The notes beneath the pieces are model-generated. The model was not told the DNA's origin and did no database searches. It saw nothing but the letters and a program-made list of their open reading frames with translations. A stretch of DNA of 64,000 nucleotides, from positions 2,728,001-2,792,000 of the forward strand of contig CM075989.1 of assembly GCA_038087875.1 (NCBI GenBank). The letters run 5' to 3'. The stretch comes from Malacoraja senta (lineage: Eukaryota). This document shows, piece by piece, positions 27,871-40,435 of this stretch; position 1 is the first letter of the stretch, and each line of letters opens with the position of its first letter. The translations under genes were made by a program, and so were the position numbers.

Positions 27871-28094
27871 TAGACGCAAAATGCTGGAGTAACCCAGCGG
27901 GACAGGCAGCATCTCCGGAGGAAGGAATGGGTTGCGTTTGGGGTCGAGACCCTTCTCCAGAAGAGTCTGAAGAAGGGTCTGACCCGAAACGTCACCCATT
28001 CCTTCTCTCCAGAGATGCTGCCTGTCCCGCTGAGTTACTCCAGCATTTTGTATCTATCTTCGGTTTAAACCAGCATCTGCAGCTCCTTCCTACG
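27871..28094. mobile_element. Penelope-like inverted terminal pair with 14-bp TSD
   Basis: TSD cagtgatctcattt at 27857-27870 and 28095-28108; arms invert around 27961-27966. Confidence 0.85.
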
Positions 28095-28307
28095 CAGTGA
28101 TCTCATTTAAGTCTTTGCCACCCATTATTACTAGTGCATTCCCCTTGTGTAACACACTTGTTCTTGTTCCCATTCCTCTGCCCATCACTACCACTACTCC
28201 TGCCCCCCTGCCCTGGCTAATTGCCCGTCTCCCTCTCCACAACCCCACACACGCTCTACCTGTCGCTCTGGCACCATCTTCGCCCAGGGCTTCCCGTTCA
28301 TCGTTAT

Positions 28308-28930
28308 TTAAGAATAAGGGGGAGGCCATTTAGGACTGAAATGCGGGAACAGCTTTTTCACCCAGAGAGTTGTGAATCTGTGCAATTCCCTGCCACAGAA
28401 GGCAGTGGAGGCCCAATTCACTGGATGTTCCCGATGTTGGGGGAGTCCAGAACCAGGGGCCACAGTTGAAGAATAAGGGTAAGCCATTTAGAACGGAGAC
28501 GGGAAAACACTTGTTCTCACAGAGAGTTGTGAGTCTGTGGAATTCTCTGCCTCATAGGGCGGTGGAGGCAGGTTCTCTGGATGCTTTCAAGAGAGAGCTA
28601 GATAGGGCTCATAAAAATAGCGGAGCCGGGGGATATGGGGAGAAGCAGGAACGGGGTACTGATTGGGGATGATCAGCCATGATCACATTGAATGGCGGTG
28701 CTGGCTCGAAGGGCGAATGGCCTACTCCTGCCCGATTGTCTATTGTCTATTGTTTTCAAGAGAGTGTTCGATTTAGCTCTTAGGGATAACGGAATCAAGG
28801 GATATGGGGAGAAAGCAGGAACGGGGTACTGATTGTGGATGATCAGCCATGATCATATTGAATGGTCGTGCTGGCTCTAAGGGCCGAATGGCCTACTGCA
28901 CCTAATTTTTATTTTCTATGTTCTATGTTT
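28308..28930 (+). mobile_element. Nested CR1/HER1-type 3' fragments
   Basis: FSQRVVSLWNSLP...AFKRELDRA; two successive 3'UTRs with (ctattgt)n/(ctatgtt)n tails. Confidence 0.85.
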
Positions 28931-31074
28931 CGATTACTTGGCAATGATGAGACTCATAGAGTTAAAGAATGATACAGTGTGGAAACAAACCCTTCGGCCC
29001 AACTTGCCCACACCGGCCAACATGTCCCAGCTACACTAGTCCCACCGGCCCGCGTTTGGTCCATATCCCTCCAAACCTGTCCTATCAATTGTTCAAAGAG
29101 AATATGTGAACGTGAATCGTTGTGAATGCAGGAGAGAGTGCGTGCGTGAGCCAATGTGATCATCTTTATACTAAAGATGTCCGCATGTTGACTGGTCAGG
29201 CAGCATCTGTGGAGAGAGACCGAATGAAACGTTTCCACTTGCGTTAATGCTGGCCATAGGACATTGAGCCTAATCGTTCCACGTCTAGTCTTTGGAGCGG
29301 GGAACATATTCAGCTCAATGCTCTTTTCCCACACTGAATGCTGGCGGATCAACTCCAGCTTTAACTGATTCTCTCGCCACAGGCGCTGCCCGACCTGATG
29401 AGCACGGTCTGTGTCGCTCCCGCCAATGGACCAATACTCAAGTGTGTTTACTTGCAGCAAACACACTTTTCCCACTTGAATCGCTTGTTTATACCAGTTT
29501 ATCCGTGGTCAGGATGCAAGTTTTTTTTTAACTCACTTAGACATGATTATTACTGTAACCCTGACAGATGTCATTCCAAGCACCCCCCCCCCCCCCTCCA
29601 AAAACCCAACAGTTATCCAAATCACTGGAGCTGACTGCGAGTTCAGAGCGAGAGTCGCGTTGTGAACCAACTGCGCTTTGGTGCACTCGTTAACTCATCA
29701 ACCCCGGCTTGCGGGAAGGAAGTGCAGATGCTGGTTTAAACCGATGGATGCAACAGGCAGAAGGGTCTCGACCCGAAACGTCACCCATTCCTTCTCTCCA
29801 GAGATGCTGCCTGTCCCGATGAGTTACTCCAGCACTCTGTCCACCTCGAGTGGGTGGCTGTGCTCCCTGCACCGGCTGCTCCTTCCTCACCCACCCCGGG
29901 CGGGGAGCGGGTCCAGGCTCGGCTCGGCTCTGCGCTCCAGAGCGGGTGTAAAACGTGTTACTGCAGCCTCCCCTATGTGTTGGTGACTGGACCTGCTGAT
30001 GATTCAAGCTGCTCGCACTTCCCCGGGAACCAGCTCTCCAGTCAAAGCCCCAACACACCGACCGCCCTGGACCGGCCCGGGAACCGTCCATGTTCGCCAC
30101 AAGAGACAGATCCACTGACCCTCTCACGCCAGTGGATGCTCACACCACAACTCAACACGTTCAACTTGGACCAAATAGTAGCAATAAACAAAGATAAATG
30201 ACCAGCAACATATGCGGAGTACACAGACAGGGGGTTGTAGCTGGTATTCGTTTCCCCTTACAAGGTGGGAATAATGTTGGGATGGATTTTAAGATTCTCG
30301 GCAACAAGGTGTTCAAGCAAAGAATGTCACGGTGACTTGCCACATCTGACAACAGAGTATTCTAGTCTATTCCATTCACGCTTCCCATTGACCCTGGCGC
30401 AGGGCGGCTGTTGATCCAACCCTCTTGAAGTTGCAACAAACTTCACAAACGCGGAATTGCGTCTTTTCATTAAAGGGGACCATTGGAGCGGAGGTGGGGG
30501 TGGAAGGCGTGAGGCCCCCCCCCCCCAACCTCCACCCTCCACACACCCACACACACACACACACACACACGGGGTGGACCGAGAGGAAGGAGACTCCCTC
30601 GTATCTCACCCAGCCACCTCCCCCTCCTCCCCCTCCCCTGCCCGGGACATGTCTCCAGCCTTCTACAAGAACTTCCAAAGAGTTGTCCAACCCAGGCCAG
30701 TACTTCCGATAGAGACCATCATTGTTGACACGTGTGGGAAGGAACTGCAGATTGTGGATTCTACCGAAGAGACACAGCTCTACACAGATAGACTCAGCAG
30801 ACAGATGACTCCAGCTTTTGGGGTCTTTCATTGTTGAAACGTGGACAGCCAATTTGCGGCCATCAATCCAGGGTACAGTAATAGTAATAGTAATATTAAT
30901 AGTAATAGTAATAGTCTGTGGAAGGGTCTCGACCCGAAACGTTGCCTATTTCCTTCGCTCCATAGATGCTGCTGCACCCGCTGAGTTTCTCCAGCATTTT
31001 TGTCTACCTTCGATATTCCAGCATCTGCAGTTCCTTCTTAAACATATTGATAAGCGAACAGGTTGAATGAAAGG

Positions 31075-31303
31075 GAGAAAGAGGGAGGGGAGAGAGAGTA
31101 GAGAGAATGTGTGGGATAGAGAGAGGGAGCGAGAGAGATAGAGAGAGGAGAGAGAGAGAGCGAGAGAGAGAGAGAGAGAAAGGGGGGGGCAGCGAGAGAG
31201 GGAGAGAGAGAGAGAGAGAGGGTGTGGAGAGAGAGAGAAAGGGGGGCAGCGAGGAGGGAGAGCGAGAGAGAGAGAGAGAGTGTGGGAGAGAGAGGAGCGA
31301 GAG

Positions 31304-31352
<49 letters not shown>

Positions 31353-31358
31353 AGAGAG

Positions 31359-31405
<47 letters not shown>

Positions 31406-31412
31406 TGTGTGA
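31075..31412 (+). repeat. Imperfect (GA)n microsatellite
   Basis: Direct reading. Confidence 0.97.
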
Positions 31413-31934
31413 GGGAAAGGGTTCATATTGGCAAAGCTACCAGGCCTCATTCGCCGGAGAGAGGACCATTGTGTATTTAGTACAAGAGGTGAGAGCTGTG
31501 TGCCTGACCTGACAGTTCAAATCTCCTCCCCCCTCCCCCCCACACACATTTTCCTCCTCTCGGATTCTGGGGCCAGCCCGCATATCTAACATCCTTTGGC
31601 GTTTCAGCCACAACCCCGTTGCCAGAGTGAATCACACCTGATTGCCAATGAGTAATGCAGGAGCCGAGAGGGCTGAGAGGGTAGGGTAGGGGTTAGAGGG
31701 GTAGGAGGGGGCGAGCTGTCACGGAGGTGGTGGTGAGACGGAGAGACTCAGATATTAACATGGGAAGGGAGATAGCTCTAGATGTCGAGTCCTGGCAGTG
31801 GAGAGAGTGGACAAAGAGGCCGGACCCATACAGGTGTTGCCGCCGGGGGCACAGGCAAGGAAAGGCTGATCCCAGAATTGAAAGAAGAGGCTTCAGGTGG
31901 AGCCGACATTGGGAAACGGGAAAGTGGAGACGTG

Positions 31935-31938
31935 AGTG

Positions 31939-31984
<46 letters not shown>

Positions 31985-32061
31985 GTGTGTGTGTATGTGT
32001 ATGTGTGTGTGTGTGTGTATGTATGTGTGTATGTGTGTATGTGTGTGTGTATGTGTGTATG

Positions 32062-32092
<31 letters not shown>

Positions 32093-32095
32093 GTG

Positions 32096-32142
<47 letters not shown>

Positions 32143-32197
32143 TGTGTGTGTATGTATGTGTGTATGTGTGTATGTGTGTGTGTGTGTGTGTGTATGT

Positions 32198-32234
<37 letters not shown>

Positions 32235-32266
32235 GTGTATGTATGTGTGTATGTGTGTGTGTGGTG

Positions 32267-32297
<31 letters not shown>

Positions 32298-32338
32298 GTG
32301 TATGTGTGTATGTGTATGTGTGTGTGTGTGTATGTGTA

Positions 32339-32370
<32 letters not shown>

Positions 32371-32386
32371 TGTGTGTATGTGTGTA

Positions 32387-32423
<37 letters not shown>

Positions 32424-32452
32424 GTGTGTGTGTATGTGTGTGTGTGTGTATG

Positions 32453-32531
<79 letters not shown>

Positions 32532-32743
32532 GTGTATGTGTGTATGTGTATGTGTGTGTGTGTGTGTATGTGTGTGTGTGTATGTGTGTGTGTGTGTGTG
32601 TAGTGTGTGTGTATGTGTGTGTGTGTGTGTGTGTATGTGTGTGTGTGATTGTGTGTGTATGTGTGTGTGTCTGTGAGAGAGAGAGAGAGAGAGAGAGGGG
32701 GGAATAAAGTGAGAGAGACGGAGAGACAGAGAGACAGAGAGAC

Positions 32744-32790
<47 letters not shown>

Positions 32791-32805
32791 AGAGAGAGAG
32801 AGAGC

Positions 32806-32857
<52 letters not shown>

Positions 32858-32901
32858 CAGAGAGACAGAGAGACAGAGAGACAGAGAGAGAGAGAGAGAA
32901 G

Positions 32902-32935
<34 letters not shown>

Positions 32936-32939
32936 CAGG

Positions 32940-32991
<52 letters not shown>

Positions 32992-32995
32992 GGAC

Positions 32996-33082
<87 letters not shown>

Positions 33083-33086
33083 GGAC

Positions 33087-33144
<58 letters not shown>

Positions 33145-33152
33145 AGAGAGAG

Positions 33153-33237
<85 letters not shown>

Positions 33238-33260
33238 CAGGGAGAGGAGAGAGAGAGCAG

Positions 33261-33296
<36 letters not shown>

Positions 33297-33312
33297 AGGG
33301 AGAGAGAGCAGG

Positions 33313-33372
<60 letters not shown>
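31935..33372 (+). repeat. Compound microsatellite: ~740 bp (GT)n/(GTAT) followed by ~700 bp (GA)n
   Basis: Direct reading; switch at ~32673. Confidence 0.97.
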
Positions 33373-33379
33373 TGGGGGG

Positions 33380-34762
33380 AGAGTGAGGGGGGGGGGGCGA
33401 GGGTGCGGGGCCTGAAGCTTTTCGGCGGAGACTATGTCCTTTGTAAAGCTGGAGATGGACATGTCCGTGCTGTGCTTAGTTCGGCGGGGTGGCGAGTGGT
33501 GTGAAGCCTGTCTCCTGCAGCCTCGGCGTGTATCGGCCGCGGCCGCCGCATTCCCCTGTCTGCAGGTCGCTGCCAACCCCGCAGTGTCTGGCGCTGCCTC
33601 CCCGCTGATGGGAGTGAGTCTACCGGAGACCAGGGGTGGGGGGGGGGGGGAGGGTACCCGTGGGGGTGGGGGCTGGATGTGATCCGGGGGAGAAAGTTTC
33701 TTTATTTTGACAAGGGCACAGACTCGCTGTTGAAGCTGCGGGTCCCTTCCACTAACACATCCACGCAGCGGCCGCCGGCACCAGACACAGGTTTACAACC
33801 GCGGGCTCTGCTTCCCCACGGAAATTACCCCTGGTTGAGCTTTAAGTTAGTTTTCAGAGGGAGAGGGGAGAGGGGAGAGGGGAGGGGGGCAGGTCCCGAG
33901 ATGGGGCTGTGTTTTAGCTGCACTGCAGTGAACAGTGAAAGGCTGTTCCCATCCAACAATGTGTGTGTCCCAACTTGTAGCTTTGCCATCTCCCAGCCTC
34001 GTCTCTCCTCTCGCCCGCGGCTACGACAGTCAGAAGGGTGTGGGGTGGGGGTTAAAAAGTCGCATCTTTCACATCACACCCGGCCCAGCCAAGGCCGGCT
34101 TGTGATAAAGCCGCCGGCTCAGTGTCCACAAGCAACGTCTTGAAATTCAAACAGGGAAGAGAACCAAAGCCTGGCATTTGAGGGCGAATGTAGAACCAGT
34201 GTTTACTTACATTTGGGTGACGTTCGCCATCTCCTGCAGGTCCAAGACGGGGAAGATGGTGACATTGTCAGGTTGGTTGCAGTATATCTGGCTGATCTTA
34301 CATTTACAGTTTCCCGGACAGCCCAAGACCCAGGAAACAGTTTTGCAAACTGCAGGACAGCCACAGAATCCTCCACAGTATCCCCCGACACGGCGGTGCA
34401 GCCCAGCGCGGCATGGTCACCAGCAAACTGTTCCAGCTTCTCCCCAGCCTTATCCAGCGGCTCACCCTGTCGCACACACAGGGGGGACAGAGAGGGAGAG
34501 AGAGGGTGTGGGGGGGTGGGTGTCAGATAGGATCAGACAGGAGACAACGGCTCCCCCCTTCTTCAAAACATTCTTCCATCCGTCGCCTCGCTAGTCCAGT
34601 CGCTCACATTAGTTCCTTCGACGTTGAGAGAAGAGAGCGAGATCAAGGCATCAGCTGGCGAGCAGGGTGAGGGGTAGCGGGGAGGAGGTGGGAGGGAGGA
34701 TGGGTGATGGAGAGGTGGGAGGGGGGGAAGGTTGAAGCTGAATCCCCCCCCCGAGCAGCAAC
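33380..34762. promoter_or_regulatory. CpG-rich island around the NTRK first coding exon (likely promoter-proximal; truncated by the gap)
   Basis: Non-repetitive GC/CpG-rich sequence (e.g. cggccgcggccgccgc, gcagcggccgccggc) around the exon, in an otherwise CpG-poor window. Confidence 0.6.
34211..34414 (-). CDS. First coding exon of a Trk/NTRK neurotrophin receptor tyrosine kinase (signal peptide + N-terminal cysteine cluster/LRRNT); paralogue unresolved; apparent 1-bp frameshift
   Basis: ATG in GTGACCATGC context gives MPRWAAPPCRGILWRILWLSCSLQ. Removing one base from the A4 run (plus-strand tttt 34341-34344) continues TVSWVLG-CPGNCKCKISQIYCNQPDNVTIFPVLDLQEMANVTQ(I), ending AT|GTAAGT. The CPxxCxC-x6-C cluster at Cys32, the FPxL motif, the NxTxI end and the phase-2 donor match the first coding exon of vertebrate Trks (TrkB CPTSCKCSASRIWC...FPRL...ENITEI; TrkC CPANCVCSKTEINC...FPLL). 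A pyrimidine-rich acceptor ...tgtgtgcgacag| puts the exon start at 34466, with a short 5'UTR. Confidence 0.88.
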
Positions 34763-34962
34763 NNNNNNNNNNNNNNNNNNNNNNNNNNNNNNNNNNNNNN
34801 NNNNNNNNNNNNNNNNNNNNNNNNNNNNNNNNNNNNNNNNNNNNNNNNNNNNNNNNNNNNNNNNNNNNNNNNNNNNNNNNNNNNNNNNNNNNNNNNNNNN
34901 NNNNNNNNNNNNNNNNNNNNNNNNNNNNNNNNNNNNNNNNNNNNNNNNNNNNNNNNNNNNNN
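34763..34962. other. Assembly gap (200 N)
   Basis: Run of exactly 200 N. Confidence 0.99.
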
Positions 34963-35982
34963 TTCATTTCTGAGGAATAAAGTTTAAGAAAAAGAGAGAG
35001 AGTGATATGGCAGTGTGTCACCAGGATTATCAGAATAAAATACTGATGATTTTGGATAAAAAATGAAGAGAAAAGCTAGCCTATTCGATGGGATTTATTT
35101 CCTCACTCAGAATGCTTTCACATTCAACCAGGAGGTTATATTTCTGCTGGTTCATTTGTTTTTGTCAGATTGCTTCAAATTCAAAGTGACAAAGCAGATC
35201 ATTGAAGGGCTAAAAGGGAAAGTAAGTGTGAAAATATTCCAGGTATTTGCACAGTGAAAGCGTCAGGGATTCTGAGGAATGTGGTGAATGTGTGTGTAAG
35301 GGGAGATTCGGTGTGTAAATGATAGAAGAAGTCAGGCGATCAGGGTTAACAGAGACAGGCTTAACAGAGAAACACTCAGAACTAAATAGACAGATGAATG
35401 ACTAAATAAATAAATACACAGAACGACAGAGAATGGTGTCCAGTTCTGTTGATGTAATCGCATCATTGAACAGAAATCATGTTATGGGAATTCCTAAAGT
35501 CAAGCAAATCATTTATGTCTGAGTTTCCTCAATATCTTTCACTCCTGGGCTATTATTACATGAAAGAAGATTAACAAAGCTCACGGCTTTGTTACTGCTG
35601 TGACTTGAGCTGCTTTGGACTTGCCGAGGAGCATTTATCGTCGTAGGATGCTGTTCCTGCCATGTTACCTTAAACTCGCTTACTCCCTTATCTTTTTTGG
35701 CACTCAGATCCTTTTAAGATATCTTGCAGGATCTATAAACATTACACAGAAGCTGGTCTTCCCTGTCCTTCGTCTCATTTAGGATGATTTTCTGGACTTT
35801 CTGTGCAAAAAAACCCCCATCTAGGCATCTCCTGGTTTCATAGGGTCTTCATACGGTCATTATTAGAGAATTTGAGACTAACCCACAAATTTATTTATTT
35901 TTGCGGTTAAATTTCCAATTGCTTCGTCAAAGCGGTGGGGTTGTTAGGTTGGAAAGGAATGGACCTTTGCAGCTTACCGACG

Positions 35983-36582
35983 TCGGCTGTACTTTTTGAG
36001 AAGGCTCCGTTCCTTCAACATCTGCAGTAAGATGCTGCAGATGTTCTACCAATTGGTGGTAGCCAGTGCCATCTTCTTCATTGCCATGTGCTGGGGCAGC
36101 AGGGCGAAGGCTGCGGACGCCAATAGGATAAACAAACTCATCAGGAAGGCTGGCTCCGTCCTGGGGGTGGAGTTGGATTCATGGGAGGTGGGTCTTGGAG
36201 GGGAGGATGCTCCTCAAACTGCGGAGCATCCTGGAAAATACAGCTCACCCCCTCCATGACACACTGGTCAACCTGAGGAGCACCTTTAGCAACAGACTGG
36301 TTCCACCAAGATGCAGCACAGAACGCCACAGGAGATCCTTCTTCCCTGTGGCTATCAAACTGTACAACTCCTCCCCCTTCTGTCGTGGGGTAGATTGAGT
36401 GACTCCCCTCCTCCCAACCCTCCCCCCCCCCCGCCCCACCTCAATCTTTGCACATCCTCCAAGCTTTTCCATTCATCACTTTAATTTTATTTTTCATGTA
36501 TTTTGAGGTTTTTCTGACTGTTGCCAGATCAATTTCCCTTCTGGGATAAATAACGTTCTATCATATTCTATCATATCGTATG
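35983..36582 (+). mobile_element. Rex1/Babar-type LINE 3' fragment
   Basis: RLYFLRRLRSFNICSKMLQMFYQLVVASAIFF...RINKLIRKAGS; HPLH...RRSFFPVAIKLYN. Confidence 0.85.
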
Positions 36583-36874
36583 TCTTTTAACAGAACAAAA
36601 ATAAAATCCCGGGAAAACAGGAGGTCAGGAATGGAAGAGGACCATTATCTCCAACAGTTGTGGATCTGGAAGAGGTTCTGAGATACCTATGGAGGAATAT
36701 GGAAACGAGGGTGAGAGTTTTAATCTCGAGGGGCTAATTAACCTACAGCTAATGGGACTAAGAGAATGGGACTTATGTACAGTGGGACATGGGCAACTTC
36801 AGGTTCATGGAGGTCAGAATATAAGTGGTCAGCCAGGACTATGTTGGAATAATCAGCTTCAGAGGTGACAACTT

Positions 36875-37277
36875 TATTCCTTGGAGTGCATGAGGACGAG
36901 GGGTGATCTTGTAGAGGTGTATAAAATCATGAGGAGAATAAATAGGGTGAATACACAGAGTCTTGTACCCAGAATAGGGGGATTCGAGAACCAGAGGGTT
37001 CTCGAGGGTTTATAGTTAGAGGGGAAATATTTTATAGAATCTGAAGGGGCAATCTTTTCACTCAGAGGGTAGTGGGTGTATGGAACGAGCTGCCAGAGGA
37101 GGTAGTTGAAGTAGGGACTATCCCAACATTTAAGAAACAGGTACACAGATAGGACAGGTTTGGAGGGATATGGACCAAACACTGGCAGGTGGGACTAGTG
37201 GAGCTAGGACATGTTGGCCGGTGTGGGCCGAAGGGCCTGTTTCCACACTGTATCACTCTCTGGCACTATGACTCTAT
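36875..37277 (+). mobile_element. CR1-type LINE 3' fragment
   Basis: gaggggtgatcttgtagaggtgtataaaatcatgagg (RGDL.EVYKIM); ctatga tail. Confidence 0.82.
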
Positions 37278-37951
37278 GTGGCAAGTGGGAGGAGGGGGTT
37301 AGGGGGAGGGGGGTAGCATTAAAAGTGGGAACGGAAGATAGTAGTATTTTTTTGTTCGAGCAAAAGTAAGGCTGCCAGTATTAGGGAATGTCCGTTGAAG
37401 AAGGATATTCAGCAATGAGCTGCCAGAGGATATAGTTGAGGCAGACTAAAACAGCAGTTAGTTAAAAGCACTTGGATAGGTACAGGTGTATGGATCGGTA
37501 AGATTTAGAGGGATATGGGTCCAATGTGGGCAAATGGGACATGGGTCACCTAGGTCGACATGGACAAGTTGGGCTGAAGAGCCTGTTTCTGCTCTACTTG
37601 ACACTATGACCCTATGAATCTGTAACTGCATGAATGAAGATTTCAGCAGCTGACCGAGATACCAAGATAGAGCTAGAAATACTGAGGTCACAGAGAGATG
37701 CATCACCGAAAGAGACTGGCCTACTGAGTCCATGCCGATTATCAACTACTCATTCACACTAATCCTACATTCATCCCACTTTTACGGGGAGAAGCATTAT
37801 GTGGTCTGATGGGACAGATAGGTGATCCAAAGATCCTCTTGGGAGCAATAACGGCTGCTAATCAGGCTTTGCGGATTTGTGCTTGGTTTTGTATTCCATG
37901 TAGTATCGTTTTAAGCATGAGATTCCCTGACTGACACTTTCCTGAAAAGGA

Positions 37952-38252
37952 CCAGAGGACATAGGTTAAAGGTGAAGGGAGAAAGATTTAATAGGAATCC
38001 TTTTCGCACAAATAGGTACCCTTTTCGCACAAAGGGTGGTGGGAGTATGGAACAAGCTGCCAGAGGAGGTAGTTGAGGCTGGGACTATCCCAACGTTTAA
38101 GAAACAGTTAGACAGGTACATGGATAGGGAAGGTTTGGAGGGATATGGACCAAACGCGGGAAGGTAGGACGAGTGTAGCTGGGACATGTTTTGGGCGGTG
38201 TGGGCAAGTTGGGCCGAAGGGCCTGTTTCCACACTGTATCACTCTATGACTA
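37952..38252 (+). mobile_element. CR1-type LINE 3' fragment
   Basis: accagaggacataggttaaaggtg...tggaacaagctgccagagg; ctatga tail. Confidence 0.82.
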
Positions 38253-38300
38253 TTATCAGAGAAAATGGTTGGTCAGGAGTCCATCTCAACCACTACCATA

Positions 38301-38563
38301 GCAGAATGTTCGTAACGAGTCCGTAGGAGTCCGTGGATATATCGTAGCCAGCCGTAGGTACTCGGGGCTATTTTTCAAACTCGTGGACATTTTTCATCAT
38401 GCTGAAAAAATGTCCCGACTTACCTGATGCCCCGTGTACCTACGGCTGGAATAACGAGCCGCTACGATATATCCACGGCCTCCTTCGGACCCGTTACGAA
38501 CATTCTGCGAATTTGAAAACTCAGGAGAATTCGTGAATAACTCTGGAAAGTGGGACAGGCCCA
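38301..38563. mobile_element. Partial Harbinger-type MITE (one TIR, internal inverted repeat)
   Basis: Ends aagtgggacaggccca-TTA; gcagaatgttcgtaacg...gtggatatatcgtagc is inverted as gctacgatatatccac...cgttacgaacattctgc. Confidence 0.7.
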
Positions 38564-39006
38564 TTAGAGCCTCTATTTTCCTTCTCAGTACCTCAGGCTA
38601 GAAGATTCCCATGGACAATTTTCAATGCACTAAATAAAATTATTCAAACAATTGGCAAGAGGTATTGGTATGTTTATTATTGTCACTTGTACAGAGATTC
38701 AGTCACAAACTTTATTTTGCATGCTACCAGGCAAAACATGATTAGATCAGCAACTGCAAAAGAGGATTAACTCGAGTGCAGAATATAGTGTTACAGCGAC
38801 TGACAAAGTGCAGATTTTAAAAAGTGCAAGGGGTGGAATGAGGTGGATTGGAAGATCCAGAATTTATCCTGAGCAGATGAAATAAACAGGAAAGAAACAG
38901 AATAGAAATAGCTTCCATGGAGTTTACACAAAAACATGCTTCATCTTTTCCTGTGCTAATCATTGCTGGGCAACATCGGTTGCTTAGAGACCATGGTGAT
39001 TCATCT

Positions 39007-39217
39007 GAAGATAGACACAAAAAGCTGGAGTAACTCAGCGGGACAGGCGGCATCTCTGGAGAGGAAGAATGGGTGACATTTCATGTCCAGACACACTTTG
39101 AGCCAAAATGTCACTTATTCCTTTTTCTCCAGGGACGCTGCCTGTCCCACTGAGTTACTCCAGCATTTTGTGTCTAAAGTCGGTGTAACATCCAACATCT
39201 GCAGTTCCTTCCTACCT
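39007..39217. mobile_element. Penelope-like inverted terminal pair with 14-bp TSD
   Basis: TSD atggtgattcatct at 38993-39006 and 39218-39231. Confidence 0.8.
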
Positions 39218-40435
39218 ATGGTGATTCATCTAATGGGCTCAAGGCTCAAGGTACAGGAGGATCTGAATAATGATTGCACAAAGCATCATGGTCATAGTCA
39301 TACAGCACGGAAACAGGCCCTTCGGTCCAACTCGTCCATGCTGACCCATCTAACCGAGTTCCATAGTCCATGTCCATCTAAACCTTTCCTATCCATCATT
39401 TAAATATTAAAAATATGCACCCACTGATTGTAATTAGGGGCACTCCTCTCTGCTATCCAATGACATGTGTTATCAGAAATATGTGTTATTATGAAAGATT
39501 GCCTCATTTCATATTCATATTTCTCCTGACATAGAATGAGGCTATTTGGGTCATCAAAGCTAAACAGTAAATCCATCAATACTCTCCCCCCACTTACTTC
39601 CCTGAGATCTATTTAGTTTTAGTTTTTAGTTTTAGAGGTACAGGGTGAAAACAGGCCCTTCGGCCCACCGACTCCACACTGACCACACACTAATACTATC
39701 CTATACACACTCGGGACAATTTTACATTTATACCAAGCCAATTAACCTACAATCCTGTAAGTCTTTGGAGTGTGGGGGGAAACCAAAGATCTGGGAGTAA
39801 ACCCACACAGGTCACGAGTAGAACGTACAAACTGTATAGACAGCACCCGTAGCTCTCCATGCCGACATTCTCTATCACACGTCCATCAACTTGGCTCTCA
39901 TTTTCCAGCAGCAGGCCAGCCAACAACTTGCCAGCCAGGTGTACGGCAGAGAGTGCCTTGACTAGTTGCACCATGGCCTGGTTAAGCAACTCGAACGCCC
40001 AGCCTGAAGGAAATCATAGAAAGTGGTGAACACTGCCCGGTACATTATACGTACTGATCTTCCCACCATCGAAGAGATCTACGGGAGACACTGCCTCAAA
40101 TAGACAACCAGCATATTTGAGGACCCACACCACCCATTGAGAGCCACACTCTCATTGAGAGACACATGTGACTGTAGTTTACGGAGATCTTGAGTGAAAA
40201 ACAAAAGGCTGGAGAAACATAGCAGGTCAGGCAGCATCTGTGGACAGATGATGTTTCGGGTCAGTACCCTGCTTCAGACTCATTCCCTCCACAGCTGCTG
40301 ACTGACCTGCTGAATTCTTCCAACACTTTGTATTTTGCTCTTTCTCTGCTTATTTCATACTCCCCAAATTACCATGAATTGTACGCACATGAAATGATGT
40401 GTGACCATAATCCTTATCTTTAAGCTATTCGGTTC

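Noticed and set aside
33467..33476. GGACATGTCC perfect p53 half-site and nearby RE1/NRSE-like strings
   Set aside because: Only one half-site; the RE1-like matches have wrong spacing and several mismatches
31693..33576. 627-aa ORF and overlapping ORFs
   Set aside because: Translation of (CT)n/(CA)n microsatellites (SL and HT repeats), not a gene
34178..34594. ORF-track peptides over the NTRK exon (34203-34475 minus; 34178-34594 and 34213-34530 plus)
   Set aside because: Wrong frame or strand; the Trk-like peptide lies in the other two minus frames, joined by a frameshift
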